A DNA stretch of 64,000 nucleotides from positions 107 through 64,106 of the forward strand of contig JBAVTF010000137.1 of assembly GCA_049695995.1 (NCBI GenBank). The letters are read 5' to 3'. Under the pieces are notes generated by a model. That model had not been told where the DNA came from. It searched no databases and was given only the letters and a program-made list of their open reading frames with translations. The DNA comes from Pirellulales bacterium. GTDB taxonomy: Bacteria > Planctomycetota > Planctomycetia > Pirellulales > UBA1268. This document shows positions 36,189-52,568 of this stretch, piece after piece (the first letter of the stretch is position 1; every line of letters begins with the position of its first letter). Made by a program: the position numbers and the translations under genes.

Positions 36189-37388
36189 TCACGGCCCCGC
36201 GTCGGGTTCCTTCACGCACCGGAAGCCTATGTGGTTGGTGCCACTCGAGACCTCGCCCTTGCCGCGGGTGCCCACGATGTAGCGTGAGCAGTATTGGTCA
36301 CTGCAGAGGAACGAGCCCCCGCGCTGCACCCGCTTCGGCTGCCCAGGCTCCTGGGGATCGAAACTGTCGGCGGGGCCGCGCGGGTTCGTGACGACCGCGC
36401 GGAGGTCGGAGCCGGCGTCGCGGGTATAGGTGTCGGGGCGATACCAGTCGCTGCACCACTCCCAGACATTGCCCGACATGTCGTGCAGGCCGTAGGCGTT
36501 GGCCGGATAGCGTGCCACCGGGGCGATGCCGGGAAAGCCGTCTGTGGCCGTGTTTTCCCGCGGAAAGCGGCCCTGCCAGGTATTGGCCATCCAGCGGCCA
36601 CCGGGCGTGAATTCCGTACCCCAGGGATGGGCCGCGCCGGTGAGGCCACCGCGGGCCGCAAATTCCCATTCAGCCTCCGTGGGGAGCCGCTTGCCGGCCC
36701 AGGTGGCGTAGGCCTCTGCATCCTCGAAGGCAACGTGCACGACGGGGTCATCGGCATGGCCGGTGATGTCGCTCTTCGGGCCGAATGGGTGCCGCCACGA
36801 GGCGCCCGGCACGTAGGCCCACCAGCGGAGATGGGCGGCGCCGGTGGCGTCACGCAGCGGCACGTCGCCGGCGGGCGGCGTGAAGACGATCGACCCTGCG
36901 ACGAGGTTCTCGACCGGTGCACCGGGGAAATCCTCCGCTCGCGGTGTTCGCTCCGCGACGGTGACGTAGTTCGTCGCCTTCACGAAGGCGGCGAACTGGG
37001 CGTTCGTTACCTCGGTGACATCCATCCAGAAGCCGGTGACGCGCACGCGATGGATTGGACGGGCATCGACCATCGGATCATCGCCGCCGAACGGCATGCC
37101 CCGTGGATCGTTACAGCCCATCGAGAACTCGCCACTGGGTATCCACACCATGCCAGTTGGCGTTTGCCCCGATGCAAACTCTTCCGACACGGTCGGCTCG
37201 AAGCCGGTGACCGTGCGATCGACCGCAATGTTCGCGGGCCGTGCCCAGCTGCCCGTGAACGTGGCCCAGCGGCCGAGACACCAAATGGCTGCAGACAGCC
37301 CGAGTCCGACTGTCGCGATGACGGCCGCCGACGGGCCGCACGACGGCGGTTGCTGCCCGGCCCGGGCGGAAGCGTGTCGCGACGTCAT
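36189..37388 (-). CDS. formylglycine-generating-enzyme (SUMF1/FGE) family protein, membrane anchored
   Basis: ATG 37388 overlaps the CHAD stop (ATGA). TM anchor, then [49 protein letters not shown] and GFRC. Confidence 0.85.
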   Translation of the reverse strand: MTSRHASARAGQQPPSCGPSAAVIATVGLGLSAAIWCLGRWATFTGSWARPANIAVDRTVTGFEPTVSEEFASGQTPTGMVWIPSGEFSMGCNDPRGMPFGGDDPMVDARPIHRVRVTGFWMDVTEVTNAQFAAFVKATNYVTVAERTPRAEDFPGAPVENLVAGSIVFTPPAGDVPLRDATGAAHLRWWAYVPGASWRHPFGPKSDITGHADDPVVHVAFEDAEAYATWAGKRLPTEAEWEFAARGGLTGAAHPWGTEFTPGGRWMANTWQGRFPRENTATDGFPGIAPVARYPANAYGLHDMSGNVWEWCSDWYRPDTYTRDAGSDLRAVVTNPRGPADSFDPQEPGQPKRVQRGGSFLCSDQYCSRYIVGTRGKGEVSSGTNHIGFRCVKEPDAGP

Positions 37389-38314
37389 GCCGAATCCCGG
37401 CGGAGCGAGCGGTCGAACGTGCGCTTCAGTGCCCGCCGCCGCGACCGACTCCACCACGTGGCGAATACCTTGCGGGCCTCGTCGGCCAGGGCATCCTCGC
37501 GGCGGCGAAACGCCGCGAGCGCATCACGGTCTGCCCGCATGCTCTCGTCACGGGACCAGCGGCGAAACCGATCGGCAGCCGCAGCGTGGTCGGTGAAATC
37601 GCCGAGCGTCTGCTGCAGCCGCTCGAGGGCGTCCTGGCAACGGGCCAGCGTGGCTGCGGGAAAGACACCGGCGAAAATCTCGACGGCATACCGGAGCTTC
37701 TTCGCCTCGATCCGCAGCTGGTGGATCTCGTCGGCGTCCCGCAGCCGGTGATCGGCGACGTCGAAGAAGCGTTCCACCAGCGCGCCGAACCGCTGGCGGG
37801 CGTAGACACCGAACGTGACGTCACGACCGCGGCCAGCGACCCGCTCCATGAGGTCATCGACCCGGGCCGGCCAATCGGCATCGAGCAGCCGCTCGTAGAC
37901 TTCACGGATCGGTACTCTGGAGACGGTACGTTGCTTTGCGAGCATCGCGACGAGTCGGGCCCGGGCAGTGCGGGCAGGTGCGGGGCGTTCATCGTCCTGC
38001 CGCAGTCGCCCCGTGAGCACGTCGAGGTCACGGGCCTCGCCGGCGACACGCCGCAGAAGTCGCAGCCGCTTGCGAAACCAGGCGGCCCGCTTCGCCGGTA
38101 GAACGTCTCGAAATACGTCAAATGCCGCCAGCGTACGGCGAGTCGCCACGCGGAGGCGATGCACGTGCTCCGGTGCAGTGCCGCCGGCCGCTGCCTGGGC
38201 CTCGGCCCAGACGGCACGGAGCCGCCCGCGGAGCGTTCGCATGGCGACTTGGCCGACCGGAACTGTTGAACCCTCTGTCACCAGCCAACTGGTCGTGCGC
38301 CGCGACATACGCAC
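37385..38314 (-). CDS. CHAD domain-containing protein
   Basis: [22 protein letters not shown]...[18 protein letters not shown]...[18 protein letters not shown] is the repeated helical CHAD pattern. It starts 33 nt after the rpoC stop. Confidence 0.8.
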   Translation of the reverse strand: MRMSRRTTSWLVTEGSTVPVGQVAMRTLRGRLRAVWAEAQAAAGGTAPEHVHRLRVATRRTLAAFDVFRDVLPAKRAAWFRKRLRLLRRVAGEARDLDVLTGRLRQDDERPAPARTARARLVAMLAKQRTVSRVPIREVYERLLDADWPARVDDLMERVAGRGRDVTFGVYARQRFGALVERFFDVADHRLRDADEIHQLRIEAKKLRYAVEIFAGVFPAATLARCQDALERLQQTLGDFTDHAAAADRFRRWSRDESMRADRDALAAFRRREDALADEARKVFATWWSRSRRRALKRTFDRSLRRDSA

Positions 38315-38347
38315 CTCTGGGCGTCAGCGTCGGAGCCAGCCAGCGGC

Positions 38348-42688
<4,341 letters not shown>

Positions 42689-42691
42689 GGG

Positions 42692-45600
42692 TCAGATCCT
42701 CCTCTTTTCCAGTTGCATATTCAGAGCCAGACCACGGATTTCGTTGGTGAGCACGTCGAAGCTGGCCGGAGTGCCGGCCTCGAGCGTGTTCTCCCCCTTC
42801 ACCATGCTCTCGTAGATCTTCGTCCGCCCTTCCACGTCGTCGCTCTTCACGGTGAGCAACTCCTGGAGGATGTAGGCGGCACCGTAGGCCTCAAGCGCCC
42901 ACACTTCCATCTCGCCGAACCGCTGGCCGCCGAAGCGGGCCTTGCCGCCCAGCGGCTGCTGCGTGATGAGCGAGTAGGGGCCGGTCGAGCGGGCGTGCAC
43001 CTTGTCATCGACAAGGTGGTGGAGCTTCAGCATGTAGATGTAGCCCACGGTCGTTTCCTGCTCGAGACGCTCGCCCGTGCGGCCGTCATGGAGCTGAGCC
43101 TTGCCGTGCTTTGGCAGACCGGCATCGGCCAGCACCTTGTTGATGTCTTCCTCGCTCGCCCCGTCGAACACCGGCGTGATTGCCTGGAAGCCGAGCAGTT
43201 TGCCGGCCCAGCCGAGGTGCGTTTCCAAAATCTGGCCCACGTTCATGCGGCTCGGCACGCCCAGCGGGTTGAGCAGGATCTGCACCGGCGTGCCGTCAGC
43301 GAGGAACGGCATGTCTTCCTTGGGCAGGATCTTGGCGATCACGCCCTTGTTGCCGTGGCGGCCAGCCATCTTGTCACCCACGGAGATCACCCGCTTGGCG
43401 GCGACGTAGACCTTCACCATCTGAAGCACGCCGGGCCGCAGCTCGTCGCCACGCTTCATGCTGTTGAGACGACGGTCGCGAGCGTCGATCGCATCCTCGA
43501 CCGCGGGCCACATGGTCTTCACCAGTTTTTCGACGTCGGCCTTGCGCTGTGGGGAGCGGAGATCGAGCTCGTCGGGCTTGAACTGCGCGGCCCGCTCGGC
43601 CACGGCCTTGTGATCCTGATTACGCACCAGCGGACTGCCGTCGGCTGCGGTGAGCGGCTTCTGAATCACCTTCTCGATCTCGGAGACGAGGGCTCCGAAC
43701 GCCTCGGCGATCCGCAGGTTGCCCTCGCTCTCGGCCTCCTTAAGCTGCTTCTGAAACTCCCGCCGCTCCTCCTCTGAGAGGCTCATCTGCCGAGAGAACT
43801 TCTCGGTCGCGGTGACGATGCCTTCAACGCCCGACGGTACCTCCAGCGAGTCGTTCTTCACGTCCTCGCCGGCGCGACCGAAGATCGCGTGCAGCAGTTT
43901 CTCTTCCGGAGTCAACTCCGTCTTGCTCTTCGGCGAGACCTTGCCGACGAGGATGTCGCCCGGCCGCACGTACGTGCCGATGCGAACGATGCCACTCTCG
44001 TCGAGGTTGTGCAGGGCCCGCTCGCCCACGTTTGGGATGTCGCGGGTGAACTCCTCGCGGCCGAGCTTGGTGTCGCGGATCTCGATGTCGTACTCCTCGA
44101 TGTGGATCGAAGTGTAGACGTCGTCTTCCACCAGCTCCTCGCTGATGATGATCGCGTCCTCGAAGTTGAATCCGTCCCAGGCCATGAAGCCCACGAGCAC
44201 GTTGCGGCCGAGCGCCAGTTCCCCCTTGTAGGTGGCGGCGCCGTCGGCGAGCACCTCGCCCTTTTCGACCTTCTGGCCAATCTGCACGATCGGTTTCTGG
44301 TTTTGACAGGTCCGCTCGTTGAGACCGACGTACTTCCGCAGCTTATAGGTCTCGACCGGGCCCGAACCCGAGGCCGGGCCGACCTCAATCGTTTCGGCAT
44401 CGACGTAGGTCACCACGCCCTTGCGGGCCGCCCGGACGATGAGACCTGAATTGGCAGCGACGTCCCGCTCCATGCCCGTTCCCACGATCGGCGGCTCCGT
44501 CACGAGCAGCGGCACGGCCTGCCGCTGCATGTTGGAACCCATGAGCGCGCGATTGGCGTCGTCGTGCTCGAGAAAGGGAATGAGGCCGGCAGACACGCCC
44601 ACCATCTGGCTGGGAGCCACGTCGATGTATTCGATGTTCTCGGCGGGCACGAGCACGAAATCGCCGCGGTAGCGGGCGATGATGGTCTCGCCCACGAGTT
44701 TGCCGTCCACGACCGTCGCATCGGCCGGGGCCAGATGCGCCTCGTGCTCTTCGTCGGCCCGCAGCCAGACGACGTCGTCGGTGAGCTTGCTCTTGGACAC
44801 CTTTCGATACGGCGTCACGAGGAAGCCATACGAGTCGACGCCCGAGTAGATCGCCATGCTCGAGATCAGACCGATGTTCGTGCCTTCAGGCGTCTCGATC
44901 GGGCAGATCCGGCCGTAGTGCGAGATGTGCACGTCGCGCACCTCGAAGCCGGCCCGCTTGCGATTGAGGCCGCCAGGACCGAGAGCCGAGAGCCGCCGCT
45001 CGTGGGTGAGCATCGAGAGCGGATTCGTCTGGTCGACCACCTGTGAGAGCTCGCCGCGGCCGAAGAAATACTCGATGGCCGCCGAGATGCTCTTGGGGTT
45101 GATCAGCGTCCGCGGCGACATCTCAGCCACGTCCTTGAGACTCATCCGCTCCTGCACCGTGCGCCGGAGCTTGAGGAAACCCTTCCGCAGTTCGTCGCTT
45201 GCCAATTCGTCGATCGTCCGCAGCCGCCGGTTGCCGAGGTGGTCGATGTCGTCGACCTCGCCCTCGCCCTCGCCGTCGCTGAGCTGCAGCATGTACCTGA
45301 TCGCGGCGATCAGATCCTCGGCCCGCAGCGTCATTTCCGTCTCGGGCACGTTGAGGCCGAGCTTCCGATTGATGCGGAAGCGACCCACGCGGCCGAGTCG
45401 GTAGCGGTTGGCGTCGTTGAACTTCTCGTCGAACAGCGCCCGAGCCTTGTCGAGAGCCGGGGGATTGCCCGGCCGCAGCCGCTGATAGATCCGCACGAGC
45501 GCGTCTTCATGGCTCGGCGAGACGCCCGTGCGCCGTCGTGACTCTTCGGCGTCCTCTCGGAGGCTGTTCATAATGAGGGGCAGTTTCTGCTCCTGCATCA

Positions 45601-46450
45601 CTTCGACGGCCTTGAGGCCCGATGTTGAAATCAGCTCGGCCTGATCGTGCGTGATCTTGCAGCCGGCATCGACGATGATCTCACCGACACGCTCGCTGCC
45701 CTTCGGGTAGACGATGTCGTCGACAGCGATCTTGCCCTCGAGCTTCGGCACGCTCCGTGCGCCGACGACCTTCTCGACCGTGGTCTTGTAGAACAGCTTG
45801 AGGATTTCGGAATCCCGGGCGTACCTCGGGTCCATGGCCCGGAGGAGCGTCAGCGCCGAGAACTTGCCGCTCTGGTCGATACGGACCTGGAGCGTGTCCT
45901 TCTTCGAAACGTTGAGCTCGATCCAGCTGCCACGCTCCGGAATGATTCGGCAATTGTGTGTCTTGCGGTCCGCCGACTCCGTGTCGGCCACGAAGTCGAT
46001 GCCGGGGGAGCGATGCAACTGGCTCACGACCACCCGCTCGGCACCGTTGATGATGAACTCACCCCCGCCGAGCATGATCGGGATGTCGCCGAGATAGACC
46101 TCCTCCTCGATCGGCTGCTCACGGGTGAGCCGCAGCCACACGCGGAGCGGCCGCCCGTAGGTCAGCCGCAACTGACGGCACTCGTCGGGATCGTAGCGCG
46201 GCTTGCCAAGCTCGTAGCGCAGGTATTCGAGCTTGACCGTGCGATCGTAGCTCTCGACCGGAAAGATCTCTCGCAGCACGCCCTCGATGCCGTGATCCTT
46301 CCGCTTCTGAGGCGGCACGTCGTACTGGAGAAAGGCGTCGTAGAACCGGGTTTGAATCTCGGTCAGGTCGGGAATGTGATGACTGGCGCGGCGACTGCCG
46401 AAATGACGAACCTCGGTGGGCTGAAGGCGGCGGACGGCGCGGGTTGCCAT
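42692..46450 (-). CDS. rpoB: DNA-directed RNA polymerase subunit beta
   Basis: 1252 aa. The Rif-region-like [30 protein letters not shown], plus GRHGNKGVI and PSRMNVGQ. Confidence 0.98.
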   Translation of the reverse strand: MATRAVRRLQPTEVRHFGSRRASHHIPDLTEIQTRFYDAFLQYDVPPQKRKDHGIEGVLREIFPVESYDRTVKLEYLRYELGKPRYDPDECRQLRLTYGRPLRVWLRLTREQPIEEEVYLGDIPIMLGGGEFIINGAERVVVSQLHRSPGIDFVADTESADRKTHNCRIIPERGSWIELNVSKKDTLQVRIDQSGKFSALTLLRAMDPRYARDSEILKLFYKTTVEKVVGARSVPKLEGKIAVDDIVYPKGSERVGEIIVDAGCKITHDQAELISTSGLKAVEVMQEQKLPLIMNSLREDAEESRRRTGVSPSHEDALVRIYQRLRPGNPPALDKARALFDEKFNDANRYRLGRVGRFRINRKLGLNVPETEMTLRAEDLIAAIRYMLQLSDGEGEGEVDDIDHLGNRRLRTIDELASDELRKGFLKLRRTVQERMSLKDVAEMSPRTLINPKSISAAIEYFFGRGELSQVVDQTNPLSMLTHERRLSALGPGGLNRKRAGFEVRDVHISHYGRICPIETPEGTNIGLISSMAIYSGVDSYGFLVTPYRKVSKSKLTDDVVWLRADEEHEAHLAPADATVVDGKLVGETIIARYRGDFVLVPAENIEYIDVAPSQMVGVSAGLIPFLEHDDANRALMGSNMQRQAVPLLVTEPPIVGTGMERDVAANSGLIVRAARKGVVTYVDAETIEVGPASGSGPVETYKLRKYVGLNERTCQNQKPIVQIGQKVEKGEVLADGAATYKGELALGRNVLVGFMAWDGFNFEDAIIISEELVEDDVYTSIHIEEYDIEIRDTKLGREEFTRDIPNVGERALHNLDESGIVRIGTYVRPGDILVGKVSPKSKTELTPEEKLLHAIFGRAGEDVKNDSLEVPSGVEGIVTATEKFSRQMSLSEEERREFQKQLKEAESEGNLRIAEAFGALVSEIEKVIQKPLTAADGSPLVRNQDHKAVAERAAQFKPDELDLRSPQRKADVEKLVKTMWPAVEDAIDARDRRLNSMKRGDELRPGVLQMVKVYVAAKRVISVGDKMAGRHGNKGVIAKILPKEDMPFLADGTPVQILLNPLGVPSRMNVGQILETHLGWAGKLLGFQAITPVFDGASEEDINKVLADAGLPKHGKAQLHDGRTGERLEQETTVGYIYMLKLHHLVDDKVHARSTGPYSLITQQPLGGKARFGGQRFGEMEVWALEAYGAAYILQELLTVKSDDVEGRTKIYESMVKGENTLEAGTPASFDVLTNEIRGLALNMQLEKRRI

Positions 46451-46707
46451 GTAGAAAAGGCTCCTAAAGCGTTGCGATGGCAGGGGCGACTGCTGGCGCG
46501 AGACTGGCGGCGAGGTTCACTCTTCGAGCCGACGACTGACGACCACTCAGTCGACACGACAGGAAACGAACCCGAACAAACGACAAGCACGTTCGACCGC
46601 AGGCGGCACGGCCTGGGAAGAACAGAGAGGGCTGGGAAACCGGGAACAGACAGACAGGGCAGGCAAGCGAACCGCAAATACTATACCATTTCCGGACAAA
46701 CCCGCCA

Positions 46708-46734
46708 GCCTCCCGCCCAAACGGGCGGGGAGGC
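46708..46734 (-). terminator. hairpin in the rplL-rpoB spacer (attenuator/terminator)
   Basis: GCCTCCCGCCC-AAAC-GGGCGGGGAGGC, about 32 nt after the rplL stop on the minus strand, followed by CTGGCGGGTTTGTCC. The position matches the known rplL-rpoB attenuator of other bacteria. Confidence 0.55.
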
Positions 46735-46765
46735 AGGGGCGCAACGGACTCGGCAGAGAGGCGGG

Positions 46766-47188
46766 CTACTTGATCGACACCTTCGCCTTGGCTTCCTCGA
46801 GCTCCTTCTTGAGCTTCTCGGCGTCGGCCTTCGAGATGCCTTCCTTCACCTTGGCGGGGCAAGCCTCGACCATGTCCTTGGCCTCCTTCAGGCCAAGGCC
46901 GGTCGCAGCGCGGACCACCTTGATGACGCCGATCTTGTTGTCGCCGAAGTTCTCGAGGATCACGTCGAACTCCGTCTTCTCGGCGGCAGCCTCGGCACCA
47001 CCGGCAGCGGCACCACCGGCAGCAGGTGCGGCCATCATCACCGCGCCGCCAGCGGCGGGCTTGATGCCGTGGACTTCGTCGAGGTAGTCGGACAGCTCCT
47101 TCGCAGCCTTGAGCGTCAGGCCGACGATCTTGTCGCCGAGTTGCTTGGTCTCGTTGGAGAATTCACGGGTTGCTTCAGCCGTTGCCAT
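46766..47188 (-). CDS. rplL: 50S ribosomal protein L7/L12
   Basis: 140 aa. Ala/Gly hinge and the C-terminal domain [24 protein letters not shown]. Confidence 0.95.
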   Translation of the reverse strand: MATAEATREFSNETKQLGDKIVGLTLKAAKELSDYLDEVHGIKPAAGGAVMMAAPAAGGAAAGGAEAAAEKTEFDVILENFGDNKIGVIKVVRAATGLGLKEAKDMVEACPAKVKEGISKADAEKLKKELEEAKAKVSIK

Positions 47189-47373
47189 CGCTCGAGGTCC
47201 TTTCCCTTCGAAAAAATGCTGCCGCCGGGTGACGGCGACCGCGGTAAAGTGGTGTGGTTTGTGGAGATGGAGTGCCTGGGGACCGTATTGGCCCGCCCTG
47301 CGGCGAGCCTTCCTTCATACCATCTGATTCGCCGGAGTGAAGCCCGTCCCAGAAAATTCCGGGCGCCAGCCAC

Positions 47374-47925
47374 TCAGGCGGCCGACTCCGCCTCGCCGCC
47401 GGCCTTTTCCAGGTCGTCTGCCCGCTGGGAAATCTGGCCGGCGAGGGTGCCCCCGGCCGACACGATCTGCCCGGCAAGCATGCCTCCCAGCGAGGAAATC
47501 TGACCGGAAAGAATCGAGAGTTGCTCGAGCCGCGTCGGCCACTTGGCGACCTTTTTCACATCACCGGCGTCGAGACGTGCACCGTCGAGGGCACCACCGC
47601 GGCACTCGAAGCCCTCGAAGTCCTTGACGCCAGCGAGACGGTCAAGCTCCTTCGCCAGATCGACGACGTCGTCGCCGCCCCAGGCGATCGCCAGCATGCC
47701 CTCGGCCTGCTGGAACGCGGGCTCCAGCGGGGTGCCGAGCATGGCCCGCCGGGCCAGGCTGTTCTTGACGAGCTGCAGACTGATCCGCTTCTTCCGCAAC
47801 GCCTGGCGGAGCTGCGTGGTCTTTTGGGCATCGAGCCTGCCGAGACTCACAACGATCACCTCGCCGACGCCCTGGAGGCGGCCCTTGAGGTCATCGACCA
47901 GCATATTTTTGATGAGCTTGCTCAT
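47374..47925 (-). CDS. rplJ: 50S ribosomal protein L10
   Basis: 183 aa. The N-terminus KLIKNMLVDDLKGRL is L10-like. The C-terminal tail has three GQI repeats. Confidence 0.9.
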   Translation of the reverse strand: MSKLIKNMLVDDLKGRLQGVGEVIVVSLGRLDAQKTTQLRQALRKKRISLQLVKNSLARRAMLGTPLEPAFQQAEGMLAIAWGGDDVVDLAKELDRLAGVKDFEGFECRGGALDGARLDAGDVKKVAKWPTRLEQLSILSGQISSLGGMLAGQIVSAGGTLAGQISQRADDLEKAGGEAESAA

Positions 47926-47962
47926 GAGTGGGAACTTTCAGCGAGAGAGGCGTTGGATAGTG

Positions 47963-48649
47963 TCAGGCGGCAACCATGATGCCGGGGGTCATCGTGCCGC
48001 AGATCGAGATGCTCTTCACGTACTGGCCACGCACGCTCGACGGCTGCAGCGACAGGATGTGATCAATGAATGCCCGGACGTTGTCGACGAGCTTTCCCGA
48101 ATCGAAGCTGAACTTGCCGACCACTGCGTGCACGATGCCCGTGGGATCGTTACGAAACTCGACCTTGCCGGCCTTGTACTCGCTCACGGTCTTCTTGATG
48201 TCGGCCGTGACCGTTCCCGCACGCGGACTGGGCATCAGGCCGCGGGGACCGAGCACTTTGCCGAGCGGTCCGACGAGACCCATCATGTCGGGTGCCGCGA
48301 TGCAGACGTCAAAGTCGGTCCAGCCTTCCTTGATCTTCTTGGCAAGATCGTCCGCTCCGACCTCTTCGGCGCCTGCCGCCTTCGCGTCGTCGGCCAGGTT
48401 GCCCTTCGCGAACACGACCACCCGCTTCGACTTGCCGATGCCGTGAGGCAGCACGAGCGAGCCACGGATGATCTGATCCGCCTGCTTCGGGTCGATGCCC
48501 AGCCGCATGTGGATCTCGACCGTCTGGTCGAACTTGGTCGGAGGAAACTTCTTCAGGGCCGCGACGGCCTCGGCAAGAGACAAAGGGGCCTCGATCTGCG
48601 GCTTCACGGCGAGCATGGCCCGCATGCGCTTGGTGCTGGCGACGGTCAT
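47963..48649 (-). CDS. rplA: 50S ribosomal protein L1
   Basis: 228 aa. [34 protein letters not shown]. Confidence 0.95.
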   Translation of the reverse strand: MTVASTKRMRAMLAVKPQIEAPLSLAEAVAALKKFPPTKFDQTVEIHMRLGIDPKQADQIIRGSLVLPHGIGKSKRVVVFAKGNLADDAKAAGAEEVGADDLAKKIKEGWTDFDVCIAAPDMMGLVGPLGKVLGPRGLMPSPRAGTVTADIKKTVSEYKAGKVEFRNDPTGIVHAVVGKFSFDSGKLVDNVRAFIDHILSLQPSSVRGQYVKSISICGTMTPGIMVAA

Positions 48650-48700
48650 GAGTCAGGGTCTTTCGCGGAATGAATGGAACGTGAACGGTGATCGGAGGGC

Positions 48701-49126
48701 TCAGCCCTCCACGGTGATGCCCATGCTGCGGGCGGTGCCTTCGACCATGCGGCGGGCATGCTCGCCGTCACGGGCATTGAGGTCGGCCCCCTTGAGCCGC
48801 ACGATCTCGTCAACCTGCGCCTTGGTGACCTTGCCGACCTTGTCGCGGTTCGGCACGCCGGACCCCTTGGCCAGGCCGGCAGCCTTCTTCAAGAGGGCCG
48901 CCGCCGGCGGGCTCTTCGTGATGAAGTCGAAGGAACGGTCGTTGTAGACGGTGACCACCACCGGGATCGGCATGCCAGCCGCCTCGCGGGTGCGGTCGTT
49001 GAACTGCTGGACAAACTGGCCGAGGTTGATACCGAACCGGCCAAGCGAGGTGCCCACCGGCGGCGCCGGGGTGGCCTGACCACCTGGCACCTGGAATTTC
49101 GCCTGTCCAACCATCTGTTTCGCCAT
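48701..49126 (-). CDS. rplK: 50S ribosomal protein L11
   Basis: 141 aa. [27 protein letters not shown] and [20 protein letters not shown]. Confidence 0.95.
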   Translation of the reverse strand: MAKQMVGQAKFQVPGGQATPAPPVGTSLGRFGINLGQFVQQFNDRTREAAGMPIPVVVTVYNDRSFDFITKSPPAAALLKKAAGLAKGSGVPNRDKVGKVTKAQVDEIVRLKGADLNARDGEHARRMVEGTARSMGITVEG

Positions 49127-49166
49127 TGCAACAATCCTCTCGTCAGCAAGTCGCTAGGTGTCGGGT

Positions 49167-49937
49167 TCAGACCGATTCGATCTGCCAGTATTCAATATCC
49201 ACGGGGGTCGAGCGGCCAAAGATGCTGAGCATCACCGTCACGCGGCCGTTGGCCTCGTCGATCTGCTCGACCTCGCCCTCGAAGTTCTCGAAGGTGCCCT
49301 CGTTGATCTTCACGCGGTCGCCCTTCTTGAAGTTGATCTTCAGCCGCGGAGCCTCGGCAGTCTTCTCCTCGGCCTTGTTGAGCAGCTTGGCCACGTCCTG
49401 AGGGAGCATGGGGCTCGGCCGGCCGGCGGATCCGGTGAAGTCACCAATGCCGCCGGTCTCCCGCACGAGGTACCACGTCTCGTCGTTCAAGATCATGTTC
49501 ACCAGGATGTATCCCGGATAGAGCTTGCGAGAAACGACGCGTTTTTTGCCCCCTTTGAACTCAGTAACCTGCTCCTTCGGCACGACGACGTCGCCGAAGA
49601 ACCGGTCGAGGCCCTGGAGGGAAATCCGGCGGAGAAGAGTCTCGCGGATCGAATCCTCCCGGTTGCTCTGCACCTTGAGGATGTACCACTGCTTGTCGCC
49701 CACCGCGGGCGCGCCCGCGGCTTCGGCGGCGACCTCGACAGGCGTGGCGTTCTCGTCACCGGCGAACGGATCTTCGAGTTCAGCAGGGGTGCCGTCGTCC
49801 TCGTCCTCGGCGGCGTCGGCCACCACCGGCGGCGATGCATCTGCGGCGGCCCCATCAGCCGAGGCCGGGTGCGGCAGGCCAGCAGCCTCGGGAGCCGCCC
49901 GTTCACCGTCCATCGGATCGTCGAATGTTGCAGTCAT
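49167..49937 (-). CDS. nusG: transcription termination/antitermination factor NusG with acidic N-terminal extension
   Basis: The NGN domain starts at KQWYILKVQSNRE. KOW segment GDRVKINEGTFENFEGEVEQI. About 80 aa of Asp/Glu/Ala/Pro-rich N-extension. Confidence 0.9.
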   Translation of the reverse strand: MTATFDDPMDGERAAPEAAGLPHPASADGAAADASPPVVADAAEDEDDGTPAELEDPFAGDENATPVEVAAEAAGAPAVGDKQWYILKVQSNREDSIRETLLRRISLQGLDRFFGDVVVPKEQVTEFKGGKKRVVSRKLYPGYILVNMILNDETWYLVRETGGIGDFTGSAGRPSPMLPQDVAKLLNKAEEKTAEAPRLKINFKKGDRVKINEGTFENFEGEVEQIDEANGRVTVMLSIFGRSTPVDIEYWQIESV

Positions 49938-49953
49938 GTCGCTATTCCGGTCG

Positions 49954-50466
49954 TCAGGTGATCTGCAGCACGTACCGCAGGATGAACCACCAGAAGAGAT
50001 CGTACCCAGCCAAAATCGCCGCCAACGCGAAGATCAAAAAGATAATCACGGCGGAACTGCGGGCCACCTCGCCCCCGCTTGGCCACGACACCTTCGCCAT
50101 TTCCGCCTCGACCGCGATCAGGAAGTCGGCGAAGCGCGGCACGTTGACCAGCCGGTAGCAGAACCAGAGCCCCGCCGCGAGCAGCAGGCCCGGCACCAGA
50201 AACCGCACCACACCGATGTCGCCGAACGCCGAAAGTCCCGGTGCCGCGTCGGCAGGGAGGTCGCCGGTCGGCAGCGCACCGGTGCCCGCGAACCAGAGCG
50301 GCAGTAGCTGGGCGAGTCGCCATACACCGATCCCGACGATCAAGGCCAGGGCGGCGAACGTCAACTGACGCGCGAGCCGCCCCTGCGTGGGCTTGTAGAC
50401 CGAGGCGCTGAGGAACTCTCCCCAGATACTGCCGCCGCGGACGTGATTCTCTTGTGTGCTTGCCAT
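49954..50466 (-). CDS. secE: preprotein translocase subunit SecE (3-TM form)
   Basis: Start at MASTQENH. The C-terminal part FLIAVEAEMAKVSWPSGGEVARSSAVIIFLIFALAAIL is the conserved SecE core. Position between tRNA-Trp and nusG. Confidence 0.8.
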   Translation of the reverse strand: MASTQENHVRGGSIWGEFLSASVYKPTQGRLARQLTFAALALIVGIGVWRLAQLLPLWFAGTGALPTGDLPADAAPGLSAFGDIGVVRFLVPGLLLAAGLWFCYRLVNVPRFADFLIAVEAEMAKVSWPSGGEVARSSAVIIFLIFALAAILAGYDLFWWFILRYVLQIT

Positions 50467-50539
50467 CTTGCGCTCCGTCGCCGGACTGCCCGCCCGCGGG
50501 GCCACGGCGCGCCTGGTGACGCGCCGCGGCAACTGCGTG

Positions 50540-50612
50540 CAGGGGCGGCGGGGATCGAACTCGCAACCTCTGGTTTTGGAGACCAGCGCTCTGCCAGTTG
50601 AGCTACGCCCCT
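50540..50612 (-). tRNA. tRNA-Trp (anticodon CCA)
   Basis: The reverse complement reads AGGGGCGTAGCTCAACTGGCAGAGCG-CTGGT-CTCCAAA-ACCAG-AGGTT-GCGAGTTCGATCCCCGC-CGCCCCT-G. One A-C mismatch in the T stem. Confidence 0.9.
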
Positions 50613-50618
50613 GTGTTC

Positions 50619-50657
50619 GCCGGGCTTCGAGTCAACCTCGAAGCCCGGCTTGTTTTA
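50619..50657 (+). terminator. 13-bp perfect hairpin plus T-tract, oriented as a plus-strand intrinsic terminator
   Basis: GCCGGGCTTCGAG (50619-50631), loop TCAAC, CTCGAAGCCCGGC (50637-50649), then TTGTTTTA. It sits in the tuf/tRNA-Trp spacer, whose genes are on the minus strand. Confidence 0.5.
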
Positions 50658-50687
50658 ACCGCTCCGGGGCCGGGACCCCGGACTCAT

Positions 50688-51887
<1,200 letters not shown>

Positions 51888-52005
51888 GCTATCTCCTGCT
51901 TTCTCCTCGGAAAGAAAAACCGAACGTGTGGTTGCGAACTGCTCGTTTGAAACTGACCGTCGTCGGGAGCCCAGGGCCGTCAGGCCGCCATGCCACCCGC
52001 GGAAG

Positions 52006-52078
52006 AGCTGCTGAAGGGACTTGAACCCTTGACCTCGTCCTTACCAAGGACGTGCTCTACCAACTGAGCTACAGCAGC
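52006..52078 (-). tRNA. tRNA-Thr (anticodon GGU)
   Basis: The reverse complement reads GCTGCTGTAGCTCAGTTGGTAGAGCA-CGTCC-TTGGTAA-GGACG-AGGTC-AAGGGTTCAAGTCCCTT-CAGCAGC-T. Confidence 0.9.
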
Positions 52079-52165
52079 AATGTTGACTCGATGGGCACCG
52101 AAATGACGTGACTGAAAAACTGGGGAGTGAACGATATGGTCGAATGTGTGCGGAACGGCTGGAAA

Positions 52166-52236
52166 AGCGGGTAGAGGGAATCGAACCCTCGTCTTTAGCT
52201 TGGAAGGCTATTGCTCTACCATTGAGCTACACCCGC
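52166..52236 (-). tRNA. tRNA-Gly (anticodon UCC)
   Basis: The reverse complement reads GCGGGTGTAGCTCAATGGTAGAGCA-ATAGC-CTTCCAA-GCTAA-AGAC-GAGGGTTCGATTCCCTC-TACCCGC-T. 71 nt. Confidence 0.9.
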
Positions 52237-52273
52237 ACGGGGCGACACACAGACACGCGGAAGGGGACCTGAC

Positions 52274-52355
52274 TGGGGAGTGCAGGATTCGAACCTGCGA
52301 AGGCATAGCCATCAGATTTACAGTCTGACCCCTTTGACCGCTCGGGAAACTCCCC
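52274..52355 (-). tRNA. tRNA-Tyr (anticodon GUA)
   Basis: The reverse complement reads GGGGAGTTTCCCGAGCGGTCAAAGGGG-TCAGA-CTGTAAA-TCTGA-long variable arm-GCAGGTTCGAATCCTGC-ACTCCCC-A. 82 nt. Confidence 0.9.
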
Positions 52356-52568
52356 GCTGTGTTGTGGTGCCACTGGGCTCGTGTTCGGGTCGGCGATGGG
52401 TTCTCTGCGAGGATGGTGGATGGTGTGAGGTGAATGATCGGTTTGCGAACGTATTCGAGCCGTCTCGAGGTCACCGCGTCGCGCCAGCAGGCCGCGCCGC
52501 CGCATCCCAGCCCCGCCCATGCACAGGCTTCCGCGAGGAAGCCCGAAACCACGGGCGGCGTCGTGCTG

